Below are positions 1 to 8,343 of a stretch of 52,633 nucleotides of DNA, one piece after another. Location of the stretch: contig JAZLHT010000070.1 in NCBI GenBank assembly GCA_045616965.1, positions 1-52,633 on the forward strand, read 5' to 3'. Within the stretch, counting starts at the first letter, position 1. Every line of letters begins with the position of its first letter. The notes under the pieces were generated by a model that searched no databases, had not been told where the DNA came from, and saw nothing but the letters and a program-made list of their open reading frames with translations. Source of the stretch: Candidatus Enterocola sp. Lineage in GTDB: Bacteria > Bacteroidota > Bacteroidia > Bacteroidales > Paludibacteraceae. Made by a program: the position numbers and the translations under genes.

Positions 1-151
1 ATATGGGCTGCCTCACATCCGGCATGCCCAGCCCCCACCACTATTACATCGTAGTTAAAAGTCACTGCAATAAATTTCAGTGCAAAAATAGTCAATTTTT
101 ACAAAAGAGGCAAATCCGCTGTTTTTACTTTTTATTTCCAATAAAAATCTG

Positions 152-159
152 TATATTTG
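152..159 (+). promoter_or_regulatory. Possible Bacteroidetes -7 promoter box (TATATTTG, consensus TAnnTTTG) ahead of the PLD-SNF2 gene
   Basis: Exact TAnnTTTG match. It lies only 9 nt before the ATG at 168, so the transcript would be nearly leaderless. Other boxes in this window sit 20-45 nt upstream of their starts. Confidence 0.35.
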
Positions 160-167
160 CAAGGACA

Positions 168-3100
168 ATGAACAACACTTTAATAGATAATAGTAAAGGG
201 TTACTTATGAAAGATGTCATAAGGAATTTCATTGGAAGTGGAAAATACAATCATCTTTGTATTGCTACTGGTTACTGGGATTTGCCAGGTACAGCCATTG
301 TCTATGACTCCTTAAAAACATTTCTTGAATCTGGTGGGCGGTTGGATTTACTTTTGGGACAAGAGCCACAACTACGTTCTTACCAAACACACGCACCGGA
401 ACAAGACCAAGAAACATTTCCGGATTTCTATCTTCAGCGAGACATCAACCTTTTAACGGATGAGTATCGTCCTACTGCGGAACTTATTCAGCAGTATTGT
501 AAAGATAATAGTGATGATTCTCAAATACAAATCAGAATATTCGGTCAAAATGATTCTGCACATAAACAGTTTCTGCACGCAAAATGCTATATTTTTTTAG
601 GTCAGGGAGAGGCAGATGCCATAATAGGGAGTAGTAACTTTACAGAAAAGGGATTAGAGGATAATGCGGAATTAAACTATCTGGAAACACAGAATAATAT
701 TGTTACTGCACCTTTTTCTGAATATAGTAATTCTAAGAGTCATAAGGTTTGGTTTGATGAGAAGTGGGAGCAAAGTGTGCCTTGGAATGGAAAGTTCCTA
801 AAAATACTTGCAGAGGCACCTGTTGGTAAGCCAAAACCACAACCAAAGTCATTAACATCGTCACAAGAGGAACCTTTGACACCATACGAACTTTACATCA
901 AACTCCTTCAAACCAAGTTTGGAAATCTTGTTGACAAGAACCTTGATGAAGTCATTGAGAGTTATCTGCCTAAAGGTTTTGATAAATATAATTACCAAAT
1001 TGATGCTGTCAAGCAATGTTTCTCAACTATGAAAGAGCATGGTGGATTTCTGCTTGCTGATGTAGTAGGTTTGGGAAAGACCATAGTGGGCTCGCTTATA
1101 ATCAAACATTTTTTACAATTCCCCGATGATGACGGACGTGAACGTAAGGTTCTCATTGTAACACCTCCAGCCATTAAATCAGCGTGGGTAAACACTATTG
1201 CGGCATTTGATAAGGATTCTTCAGACAAGATGGAATCATATATTGATTATATTACAACAGGCAGTATCGGCAAATTAACAGCAGATGATAGCATTGAAGA
1301 CGAAGATGGTGATGACCATGATTCTGGAGATTTTGAGGAAGAATTAAAACATGAGAATTACGGACTTATCATAATAGATGAGAGTCATAAATTCCGTAAC
1401 AGTACCACAAATATGTATATGGCGCTTGATAATCTTATTGGTGAGATTGGAGCGGATACAGGGGCTTATCCTTATATTGGTTTGTTGAGTGCCACACCAC
1501 AGAATAACAAACCGGATGATTTGAAGAATCAGATATATCTTTTTGAGCGTAATCATAATGACACTACTTTACGTAAGGCCAATAGTGGTAATCTTGAAAA
1601 CTTCTTTTCAGAAATCAATACTGAGTATTCTGAAATAATTCACTCAAACAATACAGATTTTACTGCTACTAGTGAATATAATGAAAAGTTAAAAAAGCTC
1701 TCTCTTCGTATTAGAGACTGTGTTTTAACAGATATAATGGTTCGCCGTACACGTACAGATGTGCAAAAGTATTATAGTGATGATGTGGAGAACCAAAATC
1801 TTAAATTTCCTAAGATTGTAGGACCAAATGAGCTTGAATATCAGATGGATTCACAACTTTCCCACCTCTTTGCAGAGACAATGGATATTATAGCACCATC
1901 TGATTTGTATAAATTTAGTGGCAGCCCATATCTTGGGTATTATCGTTATCGTGCCATACAGTTTTTATCAGATGAAAAAAACAAGAAAAAGTATGATGCT
2001 CGTGGTTCTCGTGATGCAGACACGTTGGCTGACCAGTTGGCAAAGATAATGCAAATAAATCTTGTAAAGAGGCTTGAAAGTAGTTTCTCCGCCTTTTATC
2101 AGTCATTGCTTAATTTGCGTCAATATACTAAGAATATGATTGATATGTGGGAGTCTGATAATATTTTTATATGCCCGCAAATCAATGTTAATGCGGAACT
2201 TGACCGTAAGGAAAAAGAGAGAAAACGCAGAAGTCAGGTTAGTTATCAGGATTGTTTAAATGATATTCGCACAAGGATTCAGAGACTTAATGCTGAGGGG
2301 AGAAATGATAATGAGCGGAACAAGGAGTATAGCAGGGGGGATATGAAGCAAGAGTATATTGATTTGTTGCGTGCGGATTATGAGATTATATCTGATTTAT
2401 GTGATAGATGGATGAAGAATACAGAAGACCCCAAACTTGAGGTCTTTAAGGATAATCTGAAATATGAACTCTTTGACCCGGGCAGGAATGTGCCACAGAA
2501 ATTAGTTGTTTTTTCAGAGGCTATTGATACCGTTGATACAATCAAACGCGTGGCAGAGTCAAAAGGCTATAGAGTATTAAAGGTCACCGCCGCTAACAGA
2601 GATGAGATGGAATCCGTCATTCGTGAGAATTTTGATGCCAACTACGGCAAGGAGCAGGGTGAAATACAAAAAAATGACTATGATATAATTGTAACCACAG
2701 AGGTTCTTGCGGAAGGCATCAACCTACACCGTGCTAATGTCATTCTCAATTATGACACCCCTTGGAACTCAACCAGATTGATGCAACGTATAGGACGTGT
2801 AAATCGTATTGGTTCCACACAAGATAAAGTTTATGTCTATAATTTCAAGCCGAGTGCCGAGGGTAATGCAGAGATACAACTTGTACAGAAAGCATATACC
2901 AAACTACAGTCTTTCCACACGCTTTTTGGTGAAGACAACAAGGTGTTTACAGCCGATGAGGAGATAAGTCATTATGATTTGAATACAATAGTAAATGGAG
3001 AGGAATCTCCACTTGAAAAGTATATCTATGAGTTAAAACAGTATAAAGTGTCTCATCCTGAACGATATGATTTTATATTGAATTGTAATCAAAACCTTGA

Positions 3101-3653
3101 ATGTGCCACTACAACAGTAGATGGGAACTCATATTTCCTTGTACGTACTCCACGTATGTCAGGCTTATTTGTCAAGGTCGTCCGCAATGATAATACGGGG
3201 TATATTATTTCTGCCTCTGAGATGTATGAAAACTTTTCCGTACCACAGAATGCCCCTGTTGCTGAGTTGCCAGAGCAATGGTCTGATGATAAGAAAAAGG
3301 CGGAGTTGGCAGTTAATAAGTATCTACACAAGATGAATGTTCGTATGGGCAGCAGTGCAAGAGCCACAAAGGCAAAAGAGATTTTACGCAGAATGCAACA
3401 GAATGTTACTATGTCAGAACATTCAAAGTCGCTTCTTGCAGATGCTTTCACTTTGGTTAATAAAGGGAACTTGGATATTATAAAAAAAGTTCTTGCATTT
3501 GAAAGAGAACTTAACAGTTCACAGGGTAATTTGTTTGGTGGCTTGACACAACAAGATTTTGACGATATGATAGAGCGTGAAATCAGTCACATTGTTGCTA
3601 ATCTGCAACAACGTTACGGCAAGGCAGAAGTATTTATAGGACTTTCAAAATAA
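168..3653 (+). CDS. PLD-family (single HKD motif) nuclease fused to an SNF2-family helicase/translocase, about 1161 aa
   Basis: The ORF track opens at 3, but the first plausible start is the ATG at 168 (MNNTLIDN...). HKD motif: H-A-K at 576-584 through GSSN at 627-638. SNF2/SF2 motifs: GLGKT 1068-1082, DESH 1377-1388, QRIGRVNRIG 2784-2813. An acidic insert (DDSIEDEDGDDHDSGDFEEE) lies between motifs I and II. Confidence 0.85.
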   Translation: MNNTLIDNSKGLLMKDVIRNFIGSGKYNHLCIATGYWDLPGTAIVYDSLKTFLESGGRLDLLLGQEPQLRSYQTHAPEQDQETFPDFYLQRDINLLTDEYRPTAELIQQYCKDNSDDSQIQIRIFGQNDSAHKQFLHAKCYIFLGQGEADAIIGSSNFTEKGLEDNAELNYLETQNNIVTAPFSEYSNSKSHKVWFDEKWEQSVPWNGKFLKILAEAPVGKPKPQPKSLTSSQEEPLTPYELYIKLLQTKFGNLVDKNLDEVIESYLPKGFDKYNYQIDAVKQCFSTMKEHGGFLLADVVGLGKTIVGSLIIKHFLQFPDDDGRERKVLIVTPPAIKSAWVNTIAAFDKDSSDKMESYIDYITTGSIGKLTADDSIEDEDGDDHDSGDFEEELKHENYGLIIIDESHKFRNSTTNMYMALDNLIGEIGADTGAYPYIGLLSATPQNNKPDDLKNQIYLFERNHNDTTLRKANSGNLENFFSEINTEYSEIIHSNNTDFTATSEYNEKLKKLSLRIRDCVLTDIMVRRTRTDVQKYYSDDVENQNLKFPKIVGPNELEYQMDSQLSHLFAETMDIIAPSDLYKFSGSPYLGYYRYRAIQFLSDEKNKKKYDARGSRDADTLADQLAKIMQINLVKRLESSFSAFYQSLLNLRQYTKNMIDMWESDNIFICPQINVNAELDRKEKERKRRSQVSYQDCLNDIRTRIQRLNAEGRNDNERNKEYSRGDMKQEYIDLLRADYEIISDLCDRWMKNTEDPKLEVFKDNLKYELFDPGRNVPQKLVVFSEAIDTVDTIKRVAESKGYRVLKVTAANRDEMESVIRENFDANYGKEQGEIQKNDYDIIVTTEVLAEGINLHRANVILNYDTPWNSTRLMQRIGRVNRIGSTQDKVYVYNFKPSAEGNAEIQLVQKAYTKLQSFHTLFGEDNKVFTADEEISHYDLNTIVNGEESPLEKYIYELKQYKVSHPERYDFILNCNQNLECATTTVDGNSYFLVRTPRMSGLFVKVVRNDNTGYIISASEMYENFSVPQNAPVAELPEQWSDDKKKAELAVNKYLHKMNVRMGSSARATKAKEILRRMQQNVTMSEHSKSLLADAFTLVNKGNLDIIKKVLAFERELNSSQGNLFGGLTQQDFDDMIEREISHIVANLQQRYGKAEVFIGLSK

Positions 3654-3658
3654 AGAGT

Positions 3659-5083
3659 ATGATAAAATTGAAATTAAGTGAGAGTCAAAATGTTGAGTAT
3701 AAAGAATCTTGGAGAGATGAATACTTGAAGTGGATTTGTGGTTTTGCCAATGCTCAAGGAGGAAGATTATACATAGGAGTTAATGATGCCTGTGAGATTG
3801 TAGGTGTAGAGGACTCAAAAAAATTAATGGAGGATATTCCAAATAAAATTGTTTCTCAACTTGGAATACTATGTGACATAAATCTTTTAACGGATAGCGG
3901 ACTTAATTACATTGAGATAATAGTTGAACCCAATAGTGTGCCTATTAGTTATAAAGGTAAGTATCATTATCGTTCAGGTAGTACAAAACAAGAGATAAAC
4001 GGAGTGGCATTGCAGCAGTTTGTACTAAAAAAAATGGGAAACACTTGGGATGATTACGCCAGACAAAATGTGACGGTTGATGATATTGACCGTGAAGCAA
4101 TAGAATATTTCTTGAAAAAAGGAATTGAAGCAGGTCGTATTGACCCCGATGACCGCAATGCAACCACACAGCAGGTATTGGAGAACCTGAATCTAATAGA
4201 TGAGAACGGAAATCTTAAGAATGCCGCACTTCTGTTATTTGCAAAGAAACCACAGAAATATTTTCCGTGCGTTGAGTTCAGAATAGGCAAATTTGGACGT
4301 AATGAAGCAGAACTGATTGTTCAGGACAGTGTTGAGGGTAATCTTATACAAATGACAGATAAAGTTATAAAACTGCTTAAAACATACTACCTAAAATCAT
4401 ACATACACTATGAGGGTATGCAACGCATTGAAACACTTGAAGTGCCTGAACCTGCATTACGGGAAATAATTTATAATGCCATAGCACACAAAGACTATAC
4501 AGGAGTGCATATACAGATGCGTATATATGATAATCAGATACAGTTGTGGAATGATGGTGAATTGCCTGTAGGTTATACACAGGAAACGCTTATGCAGCAG
4601 CATTCGTCCAGACCGCGCAATAAGAATATTGCATTTGCGTTCTTTAAGGCTGGTTTTGTGGAAGCGTGGGGGCGTGGCTATAAGAAAATTGCAGAGGCTT
4701 TTGAGAATACAGAGTTGCCTATGCCTACAGTCAGGAATGACTGTGGCGGAACACTTGTAACAATTATGCGACCTACAGAGAGTCCGTATAAAGAACAAAA
4801 TGTCGGTAGTTATGCACAAAATGGCACAAAAGATGTCGTAAAAGAAAATCAAAAAGTCATAAAAGAATTTGAAATAGAACTAACTGAACGTCAATTGAAT
4901 ATAATAGCATATATGTCTTTGTTCCCAACTATCACTGTATCTGAAATGGCACAAAAGATGTCGGAAAAGAATTCTTTTACGACACGGACTATACAGCGTG
5001 ATATCGCCTTTCTTCAAAATCATGAAATAATTAGACGTGAAGGTGGACGTAAAGAGGGAAAATGGGTGGTACTTAAAGGCTAA
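3659..5083 (+). CDS. COG2865-type protein with Schlafen-like AlbA_2 N-domain, HATPase_c_4-like domain and C-terminal wHTH (often annotated as RecG-like or transcriptional regulator)
   Basis: N-terminus ESQNVEYKESW...FANAQGGRLYIGV matches the AlbA_2 signature. LREIIYNAIAHKDYTGVHIQMRIY..LWNDGELP matches the HATPase_c_4 signature. The C-terminal TERQLNII...TIQRDIAFLQNHEIIRREGGRKEGKWV looks like a wHTH. The gene starts 5 nt after the helicase stop. Confidence 0.8.
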   Translation: MIKLKLSESQNVEYKESWRDEYLKWICGFANAQGGRLYIGVNDACEIVGVEDSKKLMEDIPNKIVSQLGILCDINLLTDSGLNYIEIIVEPNSVPISYKGKYHYRSGSTKQEINGVALQQFVLKKMGNTWDDYARQNVTVDDIDREAIEYFLKKGIEAGRIDPDDRNATTQQVLENLNLIDENGNLKNAALLLFAKKPQKYFPCVEFRIGKFGRNEAELIVQDSVEGNLIQMTDKVIKLLKTYYLKSYIHYEGMQRIETLEVPEPALREIIYNAIAHKDYTGVHIQMRIYDNQIQLWNDGELPVGYTQETLMQQHSSRPRNKNIAFAFFKAGFVEAWGRGYKKIAEAFENTELPMPTVRNDCGGTLVTIMRPTESPYKEQNVGSYAQNGTKDVVKENQKVIKEFEIELTERQLNIIAYMSLFPTITVSEMAQKMSEKNSFTTRTIQRDIAFLQNHEIIRREGGRKEGKWVVLKG

Positions 5084-5093
5084 CAACTAAAAT

Positions 5094-8000
5094 GTGAAAA
5101 TACAAATGGTGGATTTAAAATCATATTTTCATAGTAAATACCAGGGTGGTGAGGATTTTATAAAAAATGTTATCATCCCTGTTTTTGGTGAGGATAAGTA
5201 TGAAGACACATACGGGGAGGATATTCTTGAGAACAATACAGACCTTATAAAAAAGGCTCAAGGTACGGGCATCGTTAAAATTCTCAGACTAGGCACTATT
5301 GATATTCCATATAATCCAACTGATGTGTTTGACATAACAGTTAGTGACCAAGTACAGATGAGACGTAACCGTGTTGCCGTGCAGCAACTTATACGCAGTG
5401 TGATGTCAACATACAGCAGTGCCTTTATGATATTTCACTACAGCGGTGACGATAAATGGGATTGGCGTTTTACATTTTGCAGTAAGCAAGGCAGTAATCA
5501 AGAATCTTCAGATTCCAAGCGTTATACATTCCTTCTTGGACCAAACCAAAGTTGCCGTACCGCCGCTGAAAACTTCAAGAAATTGGCAGACAAGTGTGGT
5601 AATATAGAGTTAAATGATATTGTAGCGGCGTTTGATGTGGAAGCCTTATCTAAGGAATTCTTTACTAAATATAAGGTTCATTATGACAAATTCTGTCAGT
5701 TTGTTTATGATAACAAAGACAATAGAGAATACTTTGGGCAAGAGTTCTCACAGTGGGAGGATAAGATTATACGTGATTATGTAAAAAAACTGCTTGGTCG
5801 AATAGTGTTTCTACACTTCTTGCAGAAAAAAGGCTGGCTTGGCGTTCCGTCCTGTGGGCAGTGGGGCGATGGCGATACCCAATTTATGAAACACCTGTTT
5901 GTGGCAAGTAGCGATGAGCAAAAAAGCGACTACCTTGATAAGGTTCTTGAGCCACTGTTTTCAGATGCACTCAATACTCAGCGGGATAACGATGTATTTA
6001 ACCTTAATGTAGCAGGATTTACAGATACTAAGATACCATATCTTAATGGTGGACTCTTTGAGCGTGATGAGTTGGATATTCCCAAATCAACATTTCCTGC
6101 TGATTATTTTGCAGACTTATTTGAGTTCTTTTATGAGTATAATTTTACCATAGATGAGAATGACCCCGATGACGCTGAGGTAGGCATTGACCCGGAAATG
6201 CTTGGGCGTATATTTGAGAATCTTTTGGAGGATAATAAGGATAAGGGAGCATACTATACACCAAAGGAGATAGTACAGTATATGTGCCGTGAGAGCCTTG
6301 TGGCCTATCTTACCACTTGCGTAATAAAGAAACACGGAGATAACCATAAGCCTGAGGAGGAGATACAAGCATCGGTACGTAAACTGTTAAAAGAACCAGA
6401 GGCTATTGTTCCTAAAATGACTAAGGAACAACTTGAGGATTTTGGCTCATATATACGCAATGTCAAAATTTGTGACCCTGCCATTGGTTCTGGAGCGTTC
6501 CCTATGGGACTGCTTAATGAATTGGTGCGTTGCCGTGCAAGCATAAACGCTTGGGCAACTGATGAAAAAGGCTCGGTTTTATCGGGAGATTACGCCGCTT
6601 TAAAGGCAGAAATTATAAGTAATAATATCTATGGTGTTGATATAGAGAAGGGTGCTATTGATATTGCCAGACTGCGGTTTTGGCTCAGCATAGTGGTAGA
6701 TGAGCAAACCCCGGAGGTTTTGCCTAATCTTGATTACAAGTTTATGCAGGGGAACTCACTTATTACCACATTTAATGGGGAGTATGTAAATCTTGACACC
6801 AATAGCCAACAACATACAAATGTTGTTGGAATGAAGAGAGAAAAGGCTAAACTCTATAGTTTGAAACAAAAATATTATGCAGCAACAGGAGATGCCAAAT
6901 ACCAATTAGGCATAGACATTAAGGACTCCATACTTACTCTAATATCTTATCAATTGGGTTACGAAATTCAATCGTGGTATGAAAAGAATTCCGCTAAACA
7001 GTTATCATTGTTTCCTGAAACAGAACCAAGACAACTCTCTTTTGCCGACATAAAAGAACAGCTACCTGCCGAAAAGCAAAAAATTATGGATGTTGGGATT
7101 GCAATTAGAAAACAGTTGGCAGATACTACCCGTTCTTTGGCAGAAAGAGCCCAAACAGACATACGGTTCTTTGATTGGCGTATTATGTTTACTGAGGTGT
7201 TTGAAGGAGAGAACCCTGGATTTGATATTGTGATTGGGAATCCACCGTATGTTCAACTTTCTAAGCAACCCAATGTTAGTGAACATTATAAGAAAGTGAT
7301 CAAAGAAACTTTTTGTACTTCTGGAGGAAGACAAAATCTTTTTATATTCATGTTGCACCAAGCAATAAATATTACAAATAAGAATGGTGTTGTTACGTAC
7401 ATTATCCCTAATACTATTCTTACACAAGAATATTATAAAGACACGCGAGAACTGTTATTAAAACACCATTTGCATACCATTGTCAATTACAACGATATGG
7501 AATTTGATAATGCTGTTGTTGAAAATGTAACATTAATCATTACCAAGGATTCGCCGAAGGAAAATGATGTCCAGATATATTCATGTAAAGGAAAAGAGAT
7601 TAATTATGTAAAAAAGATAAGTACAATAAAGTTTAAAAGACAAAAAGGTTATGTTTTTAATATTAATTCAAACGATTTTATAGAAAAATTGTTTGAAAAC
7701 GCTACACCATTGAATGAATTATGTAACATTAATCAAGCAATTGCTTTGAAGGGTGATAAATCATTGTCAATTAAGCAAGAATATTCCCCGCACTACTACA
7801 AGTTTCTGGATGGAAGAAATATTGGGCGTTATTCAATAGTTTGGGGTGGACTATACCTTGATTATGATGTGGAAAGAATTCATTCATGCAAGAGAAAAGA
7901 TATTTTTGAATGTAAAGAAAAATTGTTTTTCAGACGAGTTTCTGCAAATCTTATGGCAACTTACGATAATAATCAATATTTTGCACTAAATACACTTGTC

Positions 8001-8330
8001 GTAATTACTCCTAAGATAAAATGCGAAATTAAATTCATTCTTGCACTATTCAATTCAAAATTAATGAACTACGTTTACAAGAATAATTTCAAATCAACAA
8101 AAACAGTATTCTCTGAAATTCAAGCAAGAAGTGTAGGAGAGTTACCAATAAAAAGAGATGATGCACATAAAACGGAAATAGTGAGTATAGTTGACAACAT
8201 TCTTGCTGCAAAGAAAGCAAACCCACAAGCCGATACTTCCGCTCTTGAGGCGGAGATAGACCGTTTGGTTTATGACTTATATGGCTTGACCGATGATGAA
8301 ATAGCCATCGTAGAAGGAACAAACACTTAA
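5094..8330 (+). CDS. Gamma-class N6-adenine DNA methyltransferase of the Eco57I/MmeI/PglX family with a C-terminal target-recognition-like region, about 1075 aa
   Basis: Motif order is GAYYTPKEIV, then DPAIGSGAFP (6474-6503), YGVDIEKGAIDIARLRFWL, LPNLDYKFMQGNSL, a long coiled insert, FFDWRIMFTEVF and FDIVIGNPPYV (NPPY at 7239-7250). The start is GTG at 5094 or ATG at 5106. Confidence 0.85.
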   Translation: MKIQMVDLKSYFHSKYQGGEDFIKNVIIPVFGEDKYEDTYGEDILENNTDLIKKAQGTGIVKILRLGTIDIPYNPTDVFDITVSDQVQMRRNRVAVQQLIRSVMSTYSSAFMIFHYSGDDKWDWRFTFCSKQGSNQESSDSKRYTFLLGPNQSCRTAAENFKKLADKCGNIELNDIVAAFDVEALSKEFFTKYKVHYDKFCQFVYDNKDNREYFGQEFSQWEDKIIRDYVKKLLGRIVFLHFLQKKGWLGVPSCGQWGDGDTQFMKHLFVASSDEQKSDYLDKVLEPLFSDALNTQRDNDVFNLNVAGFTDTKIPYLNGGLFERDELDIPKSTFPADYFADLFEFFYEYNFTIDENDPDDAEVGIDPEMLGRIFENLLEDNKDKGAYYTPKEIVQYMCRESLVAYLTTCVIKKHGDNHKPEEEIQASVRKLLKEPEAIVPKMTKEQLEDFGSYIRNVKICDPAIGSGAFPMGLLNELVRCRASINAWATDEKGSVLSGDYAALKAEIISNNIYGVDIEKGAIDIARLRFWLSIVVDEQTPEVLPNLDYKFMQGNSLITTFNGEYVNLDTNSQQHTNVVGMKREKAKLYSLKQKYYAATGDAKYQLGIDIKDSILTLISYQLGYEIQSWYEKNSAKQLSLFPETEPRQLSFADIKEQLPAEKQKIMDVGIAIRKQLADTTRSLAERAQTDIRFFDWRIMFTEVFEGENPGFDIVIGNPPYVQLSKQPNVSEHYKKVIKETFCTSGGRQNLFIFMLHQAINITNKNGVVTYIIPNTILTQEYYKDTRELLLKHHLHTIVNYNDMEFDNAVVENVTLIITKDSPKENDVQIYSCKGKEINYVKKISTIKFKRQKGYVFNINSNDFIEKLFENATPLNELCNINQAIALKGDKSLSIKQEYSPHYYKFLDGRNIGRYSIVWGGLYLDYDVERIHSCKRKDIFECKEKLFFRRVSANLMATYDNNQYFALNTLVVITPKIKCEIKFILALFNSKLMNYVYKNNFKSTKTVFSEIQARSVGELPIKRDDAHKTEIVSIVDNILAAKKANPQADTSALEAEIDRLVYDLYGLTDDEIAIVEGTNT

Positions 8331-8343
8331 AAACTTGACTAAT

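Noticed and set aside
1-60. GC-rich palindrome gggctg...cagccc followed by ccccaccac, considered as a tRNA 3' end or att-site remnant at the left edge of the defence block
   Set aside because: I could not fold a cloverleaf or T-arm because the loop is too long. No matching repeat lies near 10150. The window edge prevents further assessment.
3-167. N-terminal 55 codons of the ORF-track version of the first gene (MGCLTSGMPSP...)
   Set aside because: This stretch runs through an AT-rich leader containing a TAnnTTTG box. The conserved PLD-family N-terminus (LIDN...ATGYW) begins only after the ATG at 168. It is most likely non-coding.
4027-4034. A8 homopolymer inside the first COG2865 gene, and A7 tracts in the helicase gene, considered as slipped-strand phase-variation switches
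   Set aside because: The tracts are short and expected by chance in AT-rich, Lys-rich coding sequence. The sequence alone gives no evidence of variability.
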